A DNA stretch of 15,459 bases from Elainellaceae cyanobacterium (GCA_051117555.1 JBNPEG010000064.1:1-15459); one strand, 5' to 3'. Shown: positions 8,502-15,380, counted from the stretch's first letter. The notes: a model not told the origin generated them from the sequence alone. Numbers and translations are program-made.

Positions 8502-9668
8502 ATGCTTGGTAATTCTGCACTCGAACTTAATCGATTTCCAAGTCACCACAGTTTAATCAAAGCGGATCGAATTTTGGCGGTTGATGACTCACCGGATAGC
8601 TTGTTTTTAATCGAAAACATTTTGGCAGAAGAGGGATACGAAGTCGTCTGTGCTGAAAATGGTCAGCTAGCGCTTTCAGAGATTGCTCGGTTTCCTCCCG
8701 ATCTGGTATTGCTTGATGTGATGATGCCCGGAATCGATGGTTATGAGGTGACTCGCCGTATTCGTCAGCACCCCGAGTGGTCGTATATTCCAGTGCTGTT
8801 GGTTACGGCTCATGAGCAATCCTGTGTCGTCGAAGGATTAGATGCTGGAGCCGATGATTTTATTCGTAAGCCCATTGTTGAAGTCGATGAGCTGTTAGCA
8901 CGGGTGCGATCGCTGCTCCGACTCAAACACACCATTGACGAGCGGGATCAGATCGCCCGGCAGCGCGAAGATTTTGTCTCTCGTTTAACCCACGATCTTC
9001 GCACCCCGCTAGTTGCAGCAGACCGGATGTTAACTCTGATTCATCAAGAGGCGTTTGGTGAGATTCCGGAGGGGGTTGTTGAAGCAACAGAAACCATGTT
9101 GCGGAGCAATCAAAATCTTCTAGATATGGTAAACAATCTCCTAGAAGTGTTTCGATATGAAGCGGGATGCAAGGCGTTAACCTTCTCTCGATTCGATTTT
9201 CATAAGCTTGTTCAAGAGGTGGTTGATGAGCTAGAGCCGCTCGCAAATCAAAAGGTGCTCGCCTTCACCGCTGATCTAAGTTCGTTTGATGAATCTAACG
9301 TCAATCAACAAAAAGTGCTGGGCGATCGCCTCGAATTGCGTCGAGTGTTGACTAATATTATCGGCAATGCCATCAAGTTTACGGATAAGGGCTCGGTGAC
9401 CGTTCGGCTACGCAGCAGCGTTGGCAATAACGGTAATGCCGGGCCTTGGGCGATCGTGGAGATTGAAGATACCGGTATCGGCATTTCGCCTACCGATCAG
9501 AACAAGATTTTTGAGCGCTTTCGCCAGGGGCAACACGATCGCTCAGGCAGTGGCTTAGGGCTACACCTTTCGCGACGAATCATCGAGTCTCACGATGGCA
9601 TATTGGAGCTTGAATCGACCTTAGGCCAAGGAAGCCGGTTCACTATTCATCTTCCATTCAAGACCTAA
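8502..9668 (+). CDS. Hybrid sensor kinase (N-terminal REC + HisKA + HATPase_c)
   Basis: AVDDS, LLDVMMPGIDG and FIRKP receiver motifs; THDLRTP H-box; NIIGNAIKFT; DTGIGI; GSGLGL. Confidence 0.96.
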   Translation: MLGNSALELNRFPSHHSLIKADRILAVDDSPDSLFLIENILAEEGYEVVCAENGQLALSEIARFPPDLVLLDVMMPGIDGYEVTRRIRQHPEWSYIPVLLVTAHEQSCVVEGLDAGADDFIRKPIVEVDELLARVRSLLRLKHTIDERDQIARQREDFVSRLTHDLRTPLVAADRMLTLIHQEAFGEIPEGVVEATETMLRSNQNLLDMVNNLLEVFRYEAGCKALTFSRFDFHKLVQEVVDELEPLANQKVLAFTADLSSFDESNVNQQKVLGDRLELRRVLTNIIGNAIKFTDKGSVTVRLRSSVGNNGNAGPWAIVEIEDTGIGISPTDQNKIFERFRQGQHDRSGSGLGLHLSRRIIESHDGILELESTLGQGSRFTIHLPFKT

Positions 9669-9692
9669 GGGCTTGTTTAAAGGGCTTGTTTA
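9667..9692. repeat. Perfect 13-bp tandem duplication AAGGGCTTGTTTA x2
   Basis: Copies at 9667-9679 and 9680-9692, overlapping the kinase stop codon. Confidence 0.85.
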
Positions 9693-9702
9693 AAAACTAT
9701 GC

Positions 9703-9729
9703 GGCGCGTTAGCGTCAGCTAACAGCACC
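9703..9729. repeat. Degenerate REP-like hairpin between convergent genes
   Basis: GGCGC-GTTAGC-GTCA-GCTAAC-A-GCACC inverted repeat. Confidence 0.5.
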
Positions 9730-9788
9730 TTTACTCCTGTAATGATGCCGTTCGATTCAGGCGACTCGACCCGCAGTCAAACCAATCC

Positions 9789-10544
9789 TCAGTCAAACCA
9801 ACCGATCTCAGAATCAGAGAGCTTGGGTTTGGGTAGATTGACGTCTGCTATGCGGGATGATCGCGTTTCTTTTTCAACGGTCGTCTTAGAGCGAGTTGTC
9901 GGACGGATTGGTTGCTCTGTCGACATTTTGGGCAATCCGTTCAATTGCTCCGTCGACATTTTGGGCAGTAGCTGCGAGGAAACCGGACGCTTAATTGGAC
10001 GAGCAGATCGCCTTGAGGAGGTTTGAATTGCGCCGCCTGGGCGAGCAGTCGGAGACGATTTGGCTGCGGGGGGGGATGGCTGACTAGGAGGGGTTTGGAC
10101 AGCCGATTGGGGGGGCGGAGCGAGATTCAACGATTTAGATGGAGACCGTTCATCCGATGGAGCGTCTTTGGCCGTCAATTCTCGAATATATCGCTTAGCT
10201 TCTTCGAGTTCACGTTTAATTTGGCTGGTTTGCTCTAGTTGCGATCGCAACGTCTTAATTTGCTCGGTGAGGTCGTCGATTTCTGACTTAAACTCAGCCG
10301 CTTGCCGTTCTAAAGACGCTTCTCGTTGGTGAGATGCGTGGAGCGTATTCTTCAAAACGTTTATATCAATATCGGCGTCAGCGGTAGCAGTGACGGGTTT
10401 CTCGGTCGATTTTGATGAATCGGCGGGTTGAGGGGAGGATGCGTTGGTGGACTCTGGCGAAGATGATTGTGCTTCGTCATCGGTGTCTGAGTCGGTATTT
10501 GCAATCGTTTCTGCTTGAATATCGATTAAATTGTCTGATGTCAT
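9789..10544 (-). CDS. Hypothetical protein: disordered N-terminus, central coiled coil, Pro/Ser-rich tail ending DSEIGWFD
   Basis: 251-aa ORF with AGGAAAG upstream; heptad region LERQAAEFKSEIDDLTEQIKTLRSQLEQTSQIKRELEEAKRYIREL; internal LPKMSTEQ duplication. Confidence 0.85.
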   Translation of the reverse strand: MTSDNLIDIQAETIANTDSDTDDEAQSSSPESTNASSPQPADSSKSTEKPVTATADADIDINVLKNTLHASHQREASLERQAAEFKSEIDDLTEQIKTLRSQLEQTSQIKRELEEAKRYIRELTAKDAPSDERSPSKSLNLAPPPQSAVQTPPSQPSPPAAKSSPTARPGGAIQTSSRRSARPIKRPVSSQLLPKMSTEQLNGLPKMSTEQPIRPTTRSKTTVEKETRSSRIADVNLPKPKLSDSEIGWFD

Positions 10545-10594
10545 GATGTTCTTTCCTGTCTTGCGGTGTGCCGCTGATAGACGATGGGTAACAA

Positions 10595-10634
10595 TAAAGG
10601 GCTATAAAGGGCTATAAGGGGCTGTAAGGGGCGA
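10595..10634. repeat. Four tandem 10-bp repeats TAARGGGCTR
   Basis: TAAAGGGCTA TAAAGGGCTA TAAGGGGCTG TAAGGGGCGA; the last copy merges into a HIP1 site. Confidence 0.85.
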
Positions 10635-10779
10635 TCGCCTTAATAGTGTGGATTGATTGTGGATGAATTGATTTCTATTGTCTCATTAATGAAACTTCTG
10701 CCAAAATCAGTATGAACTTCGGTCACATTCGCATCGTCTGATGACGATATACGCTGGAGAAATTTCTCATGAGTCTGTT

Positions 10780-11295
10780 ATGCCACTATTAAATCGCGTT
10801 TTGCCCCCCACTGCGGTTGGGTTGCTGCTCATTCTGGCTGGATTTGCACCCTCTGCTCAAGCCCAAGATGCCGAATTCACACCTCTCCCCGAACCGACTG
10901 GGCTCTGTGTTCTCAACGAGCTTGGCGGATTATGGGTTAACAACGAAGAGGGACAGCTTGTACAGCTTGAAGATCTATGTCAACGCTTCCAGCCCCGACA
11001 GTCTGTAAATGACGACGTTGCTGTTGCTAGATTGACCGAGCTTGAAGAAGAGTTTTGGCGATCGTTTCTACGTGTCGCCAGCAGAGAGGCGATCGCCTTT
11101 GCCAATCGGGTCGACTATCAAGATGTGGTTGATTATGGCAAGACCATATGCACGTCTCTCGAAAGCGGCGATACGATGAATGACGTTCGCAAGGTACAGG
11201 TTGAAGGCGGCTTGCCACCCGCATTTGATGCAGCCGTAAATGTTGCTGCAATCAACACCTATTGTCCAGAATTTCAGTTTGAGATTGGGCGATAG
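10780..11295 (+). CDS. Secreted protein with a C-terminal DUF732-like domain
   Basis: Signal peptide (LLNRVLPPTAVGLLLILAGFAPSAQA-Q) favours the ATG at 10780 over 10741. C-terminal YGKTICTSLESG...AAINTYCPE matches the DUF732 G-x2-[IV]C-x2-L-x2-G...YCP pattern as I recall it. Confidence 0.8.
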   Translation: MPLLNRVLPPTAVGLLLILAGFAPSAQAQDAEFTPLPEPTGLCVLNELGGLWVNNEEGQLVQLEDLCQRFQPRQSVNDDVAVARLTELEEEFWRSFLRVASREAIAFANRVDYQDVVDYGKTICTSLESGDTMNDVRKVQVEGGLPPAFDAAVNVAAINTYCPEFQFEIGR

Positions 11296-11311
11296 GAGTC
11301 CCACCGGCGAT

Positions 11312-11491
11312 TCACCGATTGAAAAGCAACCGGGCGATCAGAGAGATTTGGTTTGGTTTTACAGTAACGAATTCAGTATTTTTGGGTTCGAGGGCCAACC
11401 GCAACACCAGAGACGTAAGCAGCACAATAATTAGCGGGATTCCTCGAATCAGGATGAGTTGTTTTAATTGGGTTGCAAATGTAGCGTTCAT
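11312..11491 (-). CDS. Small single-pass membrane protein (59 aa), not in the ORF track
   Basis: Translated by hand: MNATFATQLKQLILIRGIPLIIVLLTSLVLRLALEPKNTEFVTVKPNQISLIARLLFNR*. Shine-Dalgarno GAAGGAG just upstream (GAAGGAGAGGGCC-ATG); stop lies 16 bp from the convergent gene's stop. Confidence 0.7.
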   Translation of the reverse strand: MNATFATQLKQLILIRGIPLIIVLLTSLVLRLALEPKNTEFVTVKPNQISLIARLLFNR

Positions 11492-11612
11492 GGCCCTCTC
11501 CTTCTGGGATTATTGTGCTTCTCCATGAAAGGGAGTCAATAGCCCTTACAATCTTTACAATATTTTGAGGGTTCCCGGTTTTAACTCGTCCGACTATCTC
11601 ACCCAATTGGGT

Positions 11613-11644
11613 AAGAAAAATCCCCAACCCGAAGGTTAGGGGAT
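11613..11644 (-). terminator. Rho-independent terminator with C(UUCG)G tetraloop
   Basis: ATCCCC-t-AACC-TTCG-GGTT-GGGGAT followed by TTTTCTT. Confidence 0.85.
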
Positions 11645-11665
11645 GTAATCAGGGTGCATCTACCA
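11613..11665 (-). ncRNA. nsiR1: NsiR1-like small RNA (about 50 nt)
   Basis: Minus strand reads TGGTAGATGCACCCTGATTAC-ATCCCCTAACC-TTCG-GGTTGGGGAT-TTTTCTT. The 5' segment matches my recollection of the conserved NsiR1 5' end (GGUAGAUGCACC), followed by an intrinsic terminator and preceded by TCCGGA near -35. Confidence 0.75.
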
Positions 11666-11699
11666 TTTATTTATTCGGGTTAGAGGGGGTGCATCCGGA
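11666..11699 (-). promoter_or_regulatory. DIF1-type promoter (TCCGGA near -35, GAATAA -10 region)
   Basis: TCCGGA at 11694-11699, a 17-nt spacer, then GAATAAATAAAT directly before the sRNA 5' end. The DIF1 motif is the established signature of HetR-dependent promoters, including that of NsiR1. Confidence 0.65.
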
Positions 11700-11734
11700 A
11701 TAATTTGGGTACTTTTGTACGAGGCTGAGCGGCT

Positions 11735-12379
11735 GTGGATTTTTTTGTTCAGGCATATGACTATGCGATCGCCAATCTTGACCGGCTGACCTCCGCATTT
11801 GGAGAACATCTGCTGCTGGTGGTGATTCCATTGATAGTTGGATTGGTCTTGGGGCTGCCGTTGGGGGTGTTAAGCGCGCGATCGCGGATTGCATCGACTA
11901 TCTTGATCAACACGTTCAACGGGTTGCGGGTGATTCCGAGTCTGGCAATTCTCTTTGTGGCGATTCCCTATTTCGGGCTGAGCTTTCAGTCAGCGGCGAT
12001 CGCGCTCACAATTTTGGTCATGCCTCCCATATTGATTAGCACAGATGTTGCATTTCGTAATATTGATCCCATGATTCGAGAGGCAGCCGTGGGGATGGGC
12101 ATGGCTCCCAATCAAATTTTGCGATCGATTGAGATTCCGTTAGCGCTTCCCGTGGTGATTGCCGGCATCAAAACTGCAACGGTCGAAGTAATCGCCAGTG
12201 CAACGCTGGCGGCATTTATCGGGGCAGGAGGGCTAGGAGATTTTATTGTGCTCGGATTTGCCCAATACGATCCGGCGATTTTGCTGGTGGGCGCAATTCC
12301 CGTGGCATTGCTGGCATTGCTGGCAGAAATTAGCCTTGCCAGCCTCCAAAAAGCTGTTCAACCGCCTTCATCGACTTAG
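11735..12379 (+). CDS. Osmoprotectant (glycine betaine/proline/choline) ABC transporter permease, OpuCB/OsmW-like
   Basis: GTG start; RVIPSLAIL, EAA loop IREAAVGMGM, IEIPLALPVVIAG, ATLAAFIGAGGLGDFI. Confidence 0.93.
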   Translation: MDFFVQAYDYAIANLDRLTSAFGEHLLLVVIPLIVGLVLGLPLGVLSARSRIASTILINTFNGLRVIPSLAILFVAIPYFGLSFQSAAIALTILVMPPILISTDVAFRNIDPMIREAAVGMGMAPNQILRSIEIPLALPVVIAGIKTATVEVIASATLAAFIGAGGLGDFIVLGFAQYDPAILLVGAIPVALLALLAEISLASLQKAVQPPSST

Positions 12380-13059
12380 CTTCCTGATTGAACAGCCTGT
12401 CGCTGCTGTTGCCGCTGTCGCTTTAAGCTGCGCTGAATACGAGTCGTGGGGCTAGCAGCCCACTCAAGGGAAAGCAGTATGCCGTTGATGACAAACGCAA
12501 GCAGCGCAACTGCGATCGCCCCTGCCCAAATTTTGTCATATCGACCGGCTTGTGAAATTCCTTCAAACAATAACGTGCCCAAGCCGCCTGCACCAAACTT
12601 AGCGCCAATCGTGGCAATGGCGATCGCCACAATTGCAGACAACCGCAATCCGGCGAGAAACACAGGCAACACCAATGGAACCTGGATGCGCCACCAGCGC
12701 TGCCAGGGGTTCATTCCCATTCCTTTGGCTGCTTCTAGCACAGCCGGTTTAATCGACTGCAACCCGACTGACAGGTTGCGCACCAAAATCACCTGAGTGT
12801 AGAGAATCATCGCAGCAACCACTGATGAGGAACTCAGCCCAAACAGCGGCACCAAAAGGATGATCAGCGCCAAACTCGGAATGGTGTAGAGAATGCCCAA
12901 AACACCCAGAATGGGAACCGTCAGCCAGCGATAGCGCGAAATCAACAGCGAAACGGGCACTGCTACCAACACGGCGATCGCCAAGGCGAGGAGAGTCATT
13001 TGCAGGTGTTCGAGTATCAGATTCCAGATGATGGCGGGGTTATTTAGGAGATAGCTCAT
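12376..13059 (-). CDS. Osmoprotectant ABC transporter permease, OpuCB/OsmY-like
   Basis: YTIPSLAL, LEAAKGMGM, IATIGAKFGAGGLG; several TM segments. Confidence 0.93.
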   Translation of the reverse strand: MSYLLNNPAIIWNLILEHLQMTLLALAIAVLVAVPVSLLISRYRWLTVPILGVLGILYTIPSLALIILLVPLFGLSSSSVVAAMILYTQVILVRNLSVGLQSIKPAVLEAAKGMGMNPWQRWWRIQVPLVLPVFLAGLRLSAIVAIAIATIGAKFGAGGLGTLLFEGISQAGRYDKIWAGAIAVALLAFVINGILLSLEWAASPTTRIQRSLKRQRQQQRQAVQSGS

Positions 13060-13079
13060 GATGCCCTACTCATTGGCGG

Positions 13080-14045
13080 CTAGTCGGCTACAGTGGCGAT
13101 CGCAGAATCTCGGATATGCTCTAGCGTGAGGACGCCGACGGTTGCTCCGTTTTCGAGCACCATGAGTTCGCGCGCACCCGTTCTCAAAATTAACGATAGG
13201 GCTTGACGTAAGTTTTGATGACGGGCGATCGTCGGCTGACCATTCTGTTGATAGGGAGGAGAAAGCTCCATCATTGCCGTTTCGACGCGCAATAACCCCA
13301 ACTGACGCACCATATCATCGGCTCCGAGCAGGTCATACACAAATGAATTAGCGGGTTGCGTGAGGATATTAAACGGCGTGTCGTACTGCACAATTTGCCC
13401 GTTTCGCATCACCAAAATTCGATCGGCGAGCTTGAGGGCTTCTTCCACGTCATGGGACACAAACAAAACCGTTTTTTTAAGCTGCCGCTGCAATCTGAGA
13501 ATTTCATCCTGGAGGCTATTGCGGGTAATCGCATCGATTGCCCCAAAGGGTTCGTCCATGAGCATCACGTCGGGATTTCCAGCTAACGCTCTGGCAAGCC
13601 CAATCCGCTGCTGCTGCCCTCCGGATAGCTGAGCCGGATAGCGATCGCGATAGTCCTGGGGAGAAAGTTCGATGAGCGTTAAGAGTTCGTCAATGCGATC
13701 GTCGATTACAGAGCGCTCCCAATTCAGCAGCTTGGGAACGACAGCAATATTCTGAGCGACTGTCATGTGGGGAAACAGCCCCGACTGCTGAATCACGTAC
13801 CCGATTTGCTGCCGCAGCCGGGTCGCTTTCATCTGACGAATATCAGTGTTGTTGATGTAAATCTTGCCAGCGGTCGGCTCGTAGAGCAGATTGACCATCT
13901 TTAGCAGCGTCGTTTTTCCGCATCCTGACGGACCCAAAATCACAACAAACTGCCTAGCTTGAATTTCGCAACTACAATTATCGACTGCTGGATGAGACGA
14001 ACCAGGAAACCGTAGGGATACACGTTCGAACCGAATATTGCTCAC
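13080..14045 (-). CDS. Osmoprotectant ABC transporter ATP-binding protein, OpuCA/OsmV-like, with a C-terminal CBS-like region
   Basis: GTG start; GPSGCGKTT, IGYVIQQSGLFPHMT, YPAQLSGGQQQR, LMDEPFGAID, VSHD. Confidence 0.95.
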   Translation of the reverse strand: MSNIRFERVSLRFPGSSHPAVDNCSCEIQARQFVVILGPSGCGKTTLLKMVNLLYEPTAGKIYINNTDIRQMKATRLRQQIGYVIQQSGLFPHMTVAQNIAVVPKLLNWERSVIDDRIDELLTLIELSPQDYRDRYPAQLSGGQQQRIGLARALAGNPDVMLMDEPFGAIDAITRNSLQDEILRLQRQLKKTVLFVSHDVEEALKLADRILVMRNGQIVQYDTPFNILTQPANSFVYDLLGADDMVRQLGLLRVETAMMELSPPYQQNGQPTIARHQNLRQALSLILRTGARELMVLENGATVGVLTLEHIRDSAIATVAD

Positions 14046-14054
14046 GATCGCCTC

Positions 14055-14960
14055 TCAACTCTCAGAGATTAACCCTTGTTCAAGCAGGAATTCTTTTGCG
14101 ACATCAGCCGGTTCGCGTTGATTGCCGCTGACCTCGTAGTTTAGCTGTCGCATGGTTTCATTGGTGAGCAGAGATGAGAGAGAATTGAGTGCATCGGCGA
14201 TCGCAGGATTGGCGTCTAATGCATCCTGACGAACAACGGGGGCAACTTGATAGGGAGGGAAAAGATTTTGATCGTCTTCTAACACAACCAGATCAAATGC
14301 GCTGATTTCTCCGTCTGTTCCAAAGGCAACGGCAACATCAGCTTCGCCATTCACAAGCCCCTCATAGCGCAGTCCTGCATCGACTGCCTTATATTCTTGC
14401 AGATCGAAGTCTCCGTATGCGTCTTTCAATCCCGGTAAGCCATCCTCCCGTTCTGCAAATTCTGGAGGACCAATCATCACCAACTGATTGGCTTGCTCGG
14501 CCATATCCGAAATCGTTTGAATACCGTAGGTTTCTGCCCCTTCCTGCGTCATGGCGAGTGCCTGCGTATTATTCATGGGAGCGGGCTCAAGCCAGACTAG
14601 GTCAAATTGCTCTTTGTAGGAACTGGATACAGTATTGTAAACCTCTTGCTGGTCGCTGCTGGGAGACATTTTCAAAACCGTGAGCAAGCCTGTCCCCGTA
14701 TATTCTGGATATAAGTCAATCTCACCACTTTGCAAGCCCGCTTGCGCAACAGGCGTACCGCCTAGGTTGAGTTTTCGCTCGACGGGCAGTCCGGCTTCTT
14801 CTAGCACAAGAGCATACATTTCGCCGATGATAAACTGCTCGGTGAAATCTTTAGATCCAACCTTGATGGCGTTGCTGTCGTTACCCGCACAACTGACAAC
14901 GATTCCGGCAGTCAGAAGGACCAGCAGCGGAAAAATAAACAGACGACGAAGCAATTTCAT
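14055..14960 (-). CDS. Osmoprotectant ABC transporter substrate-binding lipoprotein, OpuCC/OsmF-like
   Basis: Lipobox-like IVVS-C after a signal peptide; VGSKDFTEQ, IDLYPEYTGT, EFAEREDGLPGL, LEDDQNLFPPY. Confidence 0.95.
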   Translation of the reverse strand: MKLLRRLFIFPLLVLLTAGIVVSCAGNDSNAIKVGSKDFTEQFIIGEMYALVLEEAGLPVERKLNLGGTPVAQAGLQSGEIDLYPEYTGTGLLTVLKMSPSSDQQEVYNTVSSSYKEQFDLVWLEPAPMNNTQALAMTQEGAETYGIQTISDMAEQANQLVMIGPPEFAEREDGLPGLKDAYGDFDLQEYKAVDAGLRYEGLVNGEADVAVAFGTDGEISAFDLVVLEDDQNLFPPYQVAPVVRQDALDANPAIADALNSLSSLLTNETMRQLNYEVSGNQREPADVAKEFLLEQGLISES

Positions 14961-15167
14961 AAGACTGGTATAGAGAATAGAACCCTACAAATGGAACAGA
15001 TAGACTAAGACCAGCTTGGAACCTACGAATTCTTTCAAAAATAGAACTCTAGTTCTGGACTTGGGTGAAATTTATATCCAGATCATCATACCGGACTCAA
15101 CCCAATCTGACTGCCAAAGTTTGCGCATTCCTCGGATGACTTGGTGAGTTGCTAGCCAATTTCAGCG

Positions 15168-15324
15168 CTGATTGACTGACAAAACGTTGTTTAGCGGCAG
15201 TTAAAACTGCTCCTACACGGGCAAAACCCGCCTACGCGGGTTGAAACTAGTCGGCGCAGGCCGACTTTGCTTGTCTAGCCGCGGTTTTAACCGCCAGCCC
15301 CTGAATCTTTTGTCAGTCCATCAG
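15168..15324. mobile_element. 157-bp MITE with 17-bp TIRs and a 9-bp target-site duplication
   Basis: Left TIR CTGATTGACTGACAAAA (15168-15184), right TIR TTTTGTCAGTCCATCAG (15308-15324), 16/17 match. Flanked directly by ATTTCAGCG at 15159-15167 and 15325-15333. Confidence 0.9.
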
Positions 15325-15380
15325 ATTTCAGCGTTTGTCTGACGGAAACTCCGAATGTCTTTTATCAAGTCTCTTATCAA

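Larger units (their letters stand above)
22..14204. repeat. Dispersed HIP1 octamers (GCGATCGC), about 23 copies
   Basis: Counted by eye at 22, 1852, 2147, 3008, 4261, 4375, 5639, 5813, 8005, 8906, 9322, 10241, 10631, 11089, 11765, 11878, 11996, 12512, 12620, 12974, 13096, 13641 and 14197. Fewer than 1 copy is expected by chance. HIP1 is a hallmark of cyanobacterial genomes. Confidence 0.95.

Noticed and set aside
8291..8549. Three short ORFs across the kinase-kinase spacer
   Set aside because: Mutually overlapping, cross the palindrome, no coding signal.
11373..11627. 84-aa minus-strand ORF from the track
   Set aside because: Starts inside the terminator hairpin, has no RBS, and overlaps the better-supported 59-aa ORF in another frame.
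11709..11720. GTACTTTTGTAC as an NtcA site upstream of the sRNA promoter
   Set aside because: Spacing is GTA-N6-TAC, not the canonical GTA-N8-TAC.
3410..13625. Other TCCGGA hexamers (about 3410, 5054, 9065, 13620) as DIF1 promoters
   Set aside because: All lie inside CDSs, at a frequency compatible with chance, and I saw no accompanying sRNA/terminator unit.
957..14973. Remaining short alternative-frame or antisense ORFs in the track (e.g. 957-1277, 1559-1903, 2590-2901, 9742-10026, 12446-12796, 14680-14973)
   Set aside because: Shadow ORFs inside well-supported genes, with no recognisable motifs.
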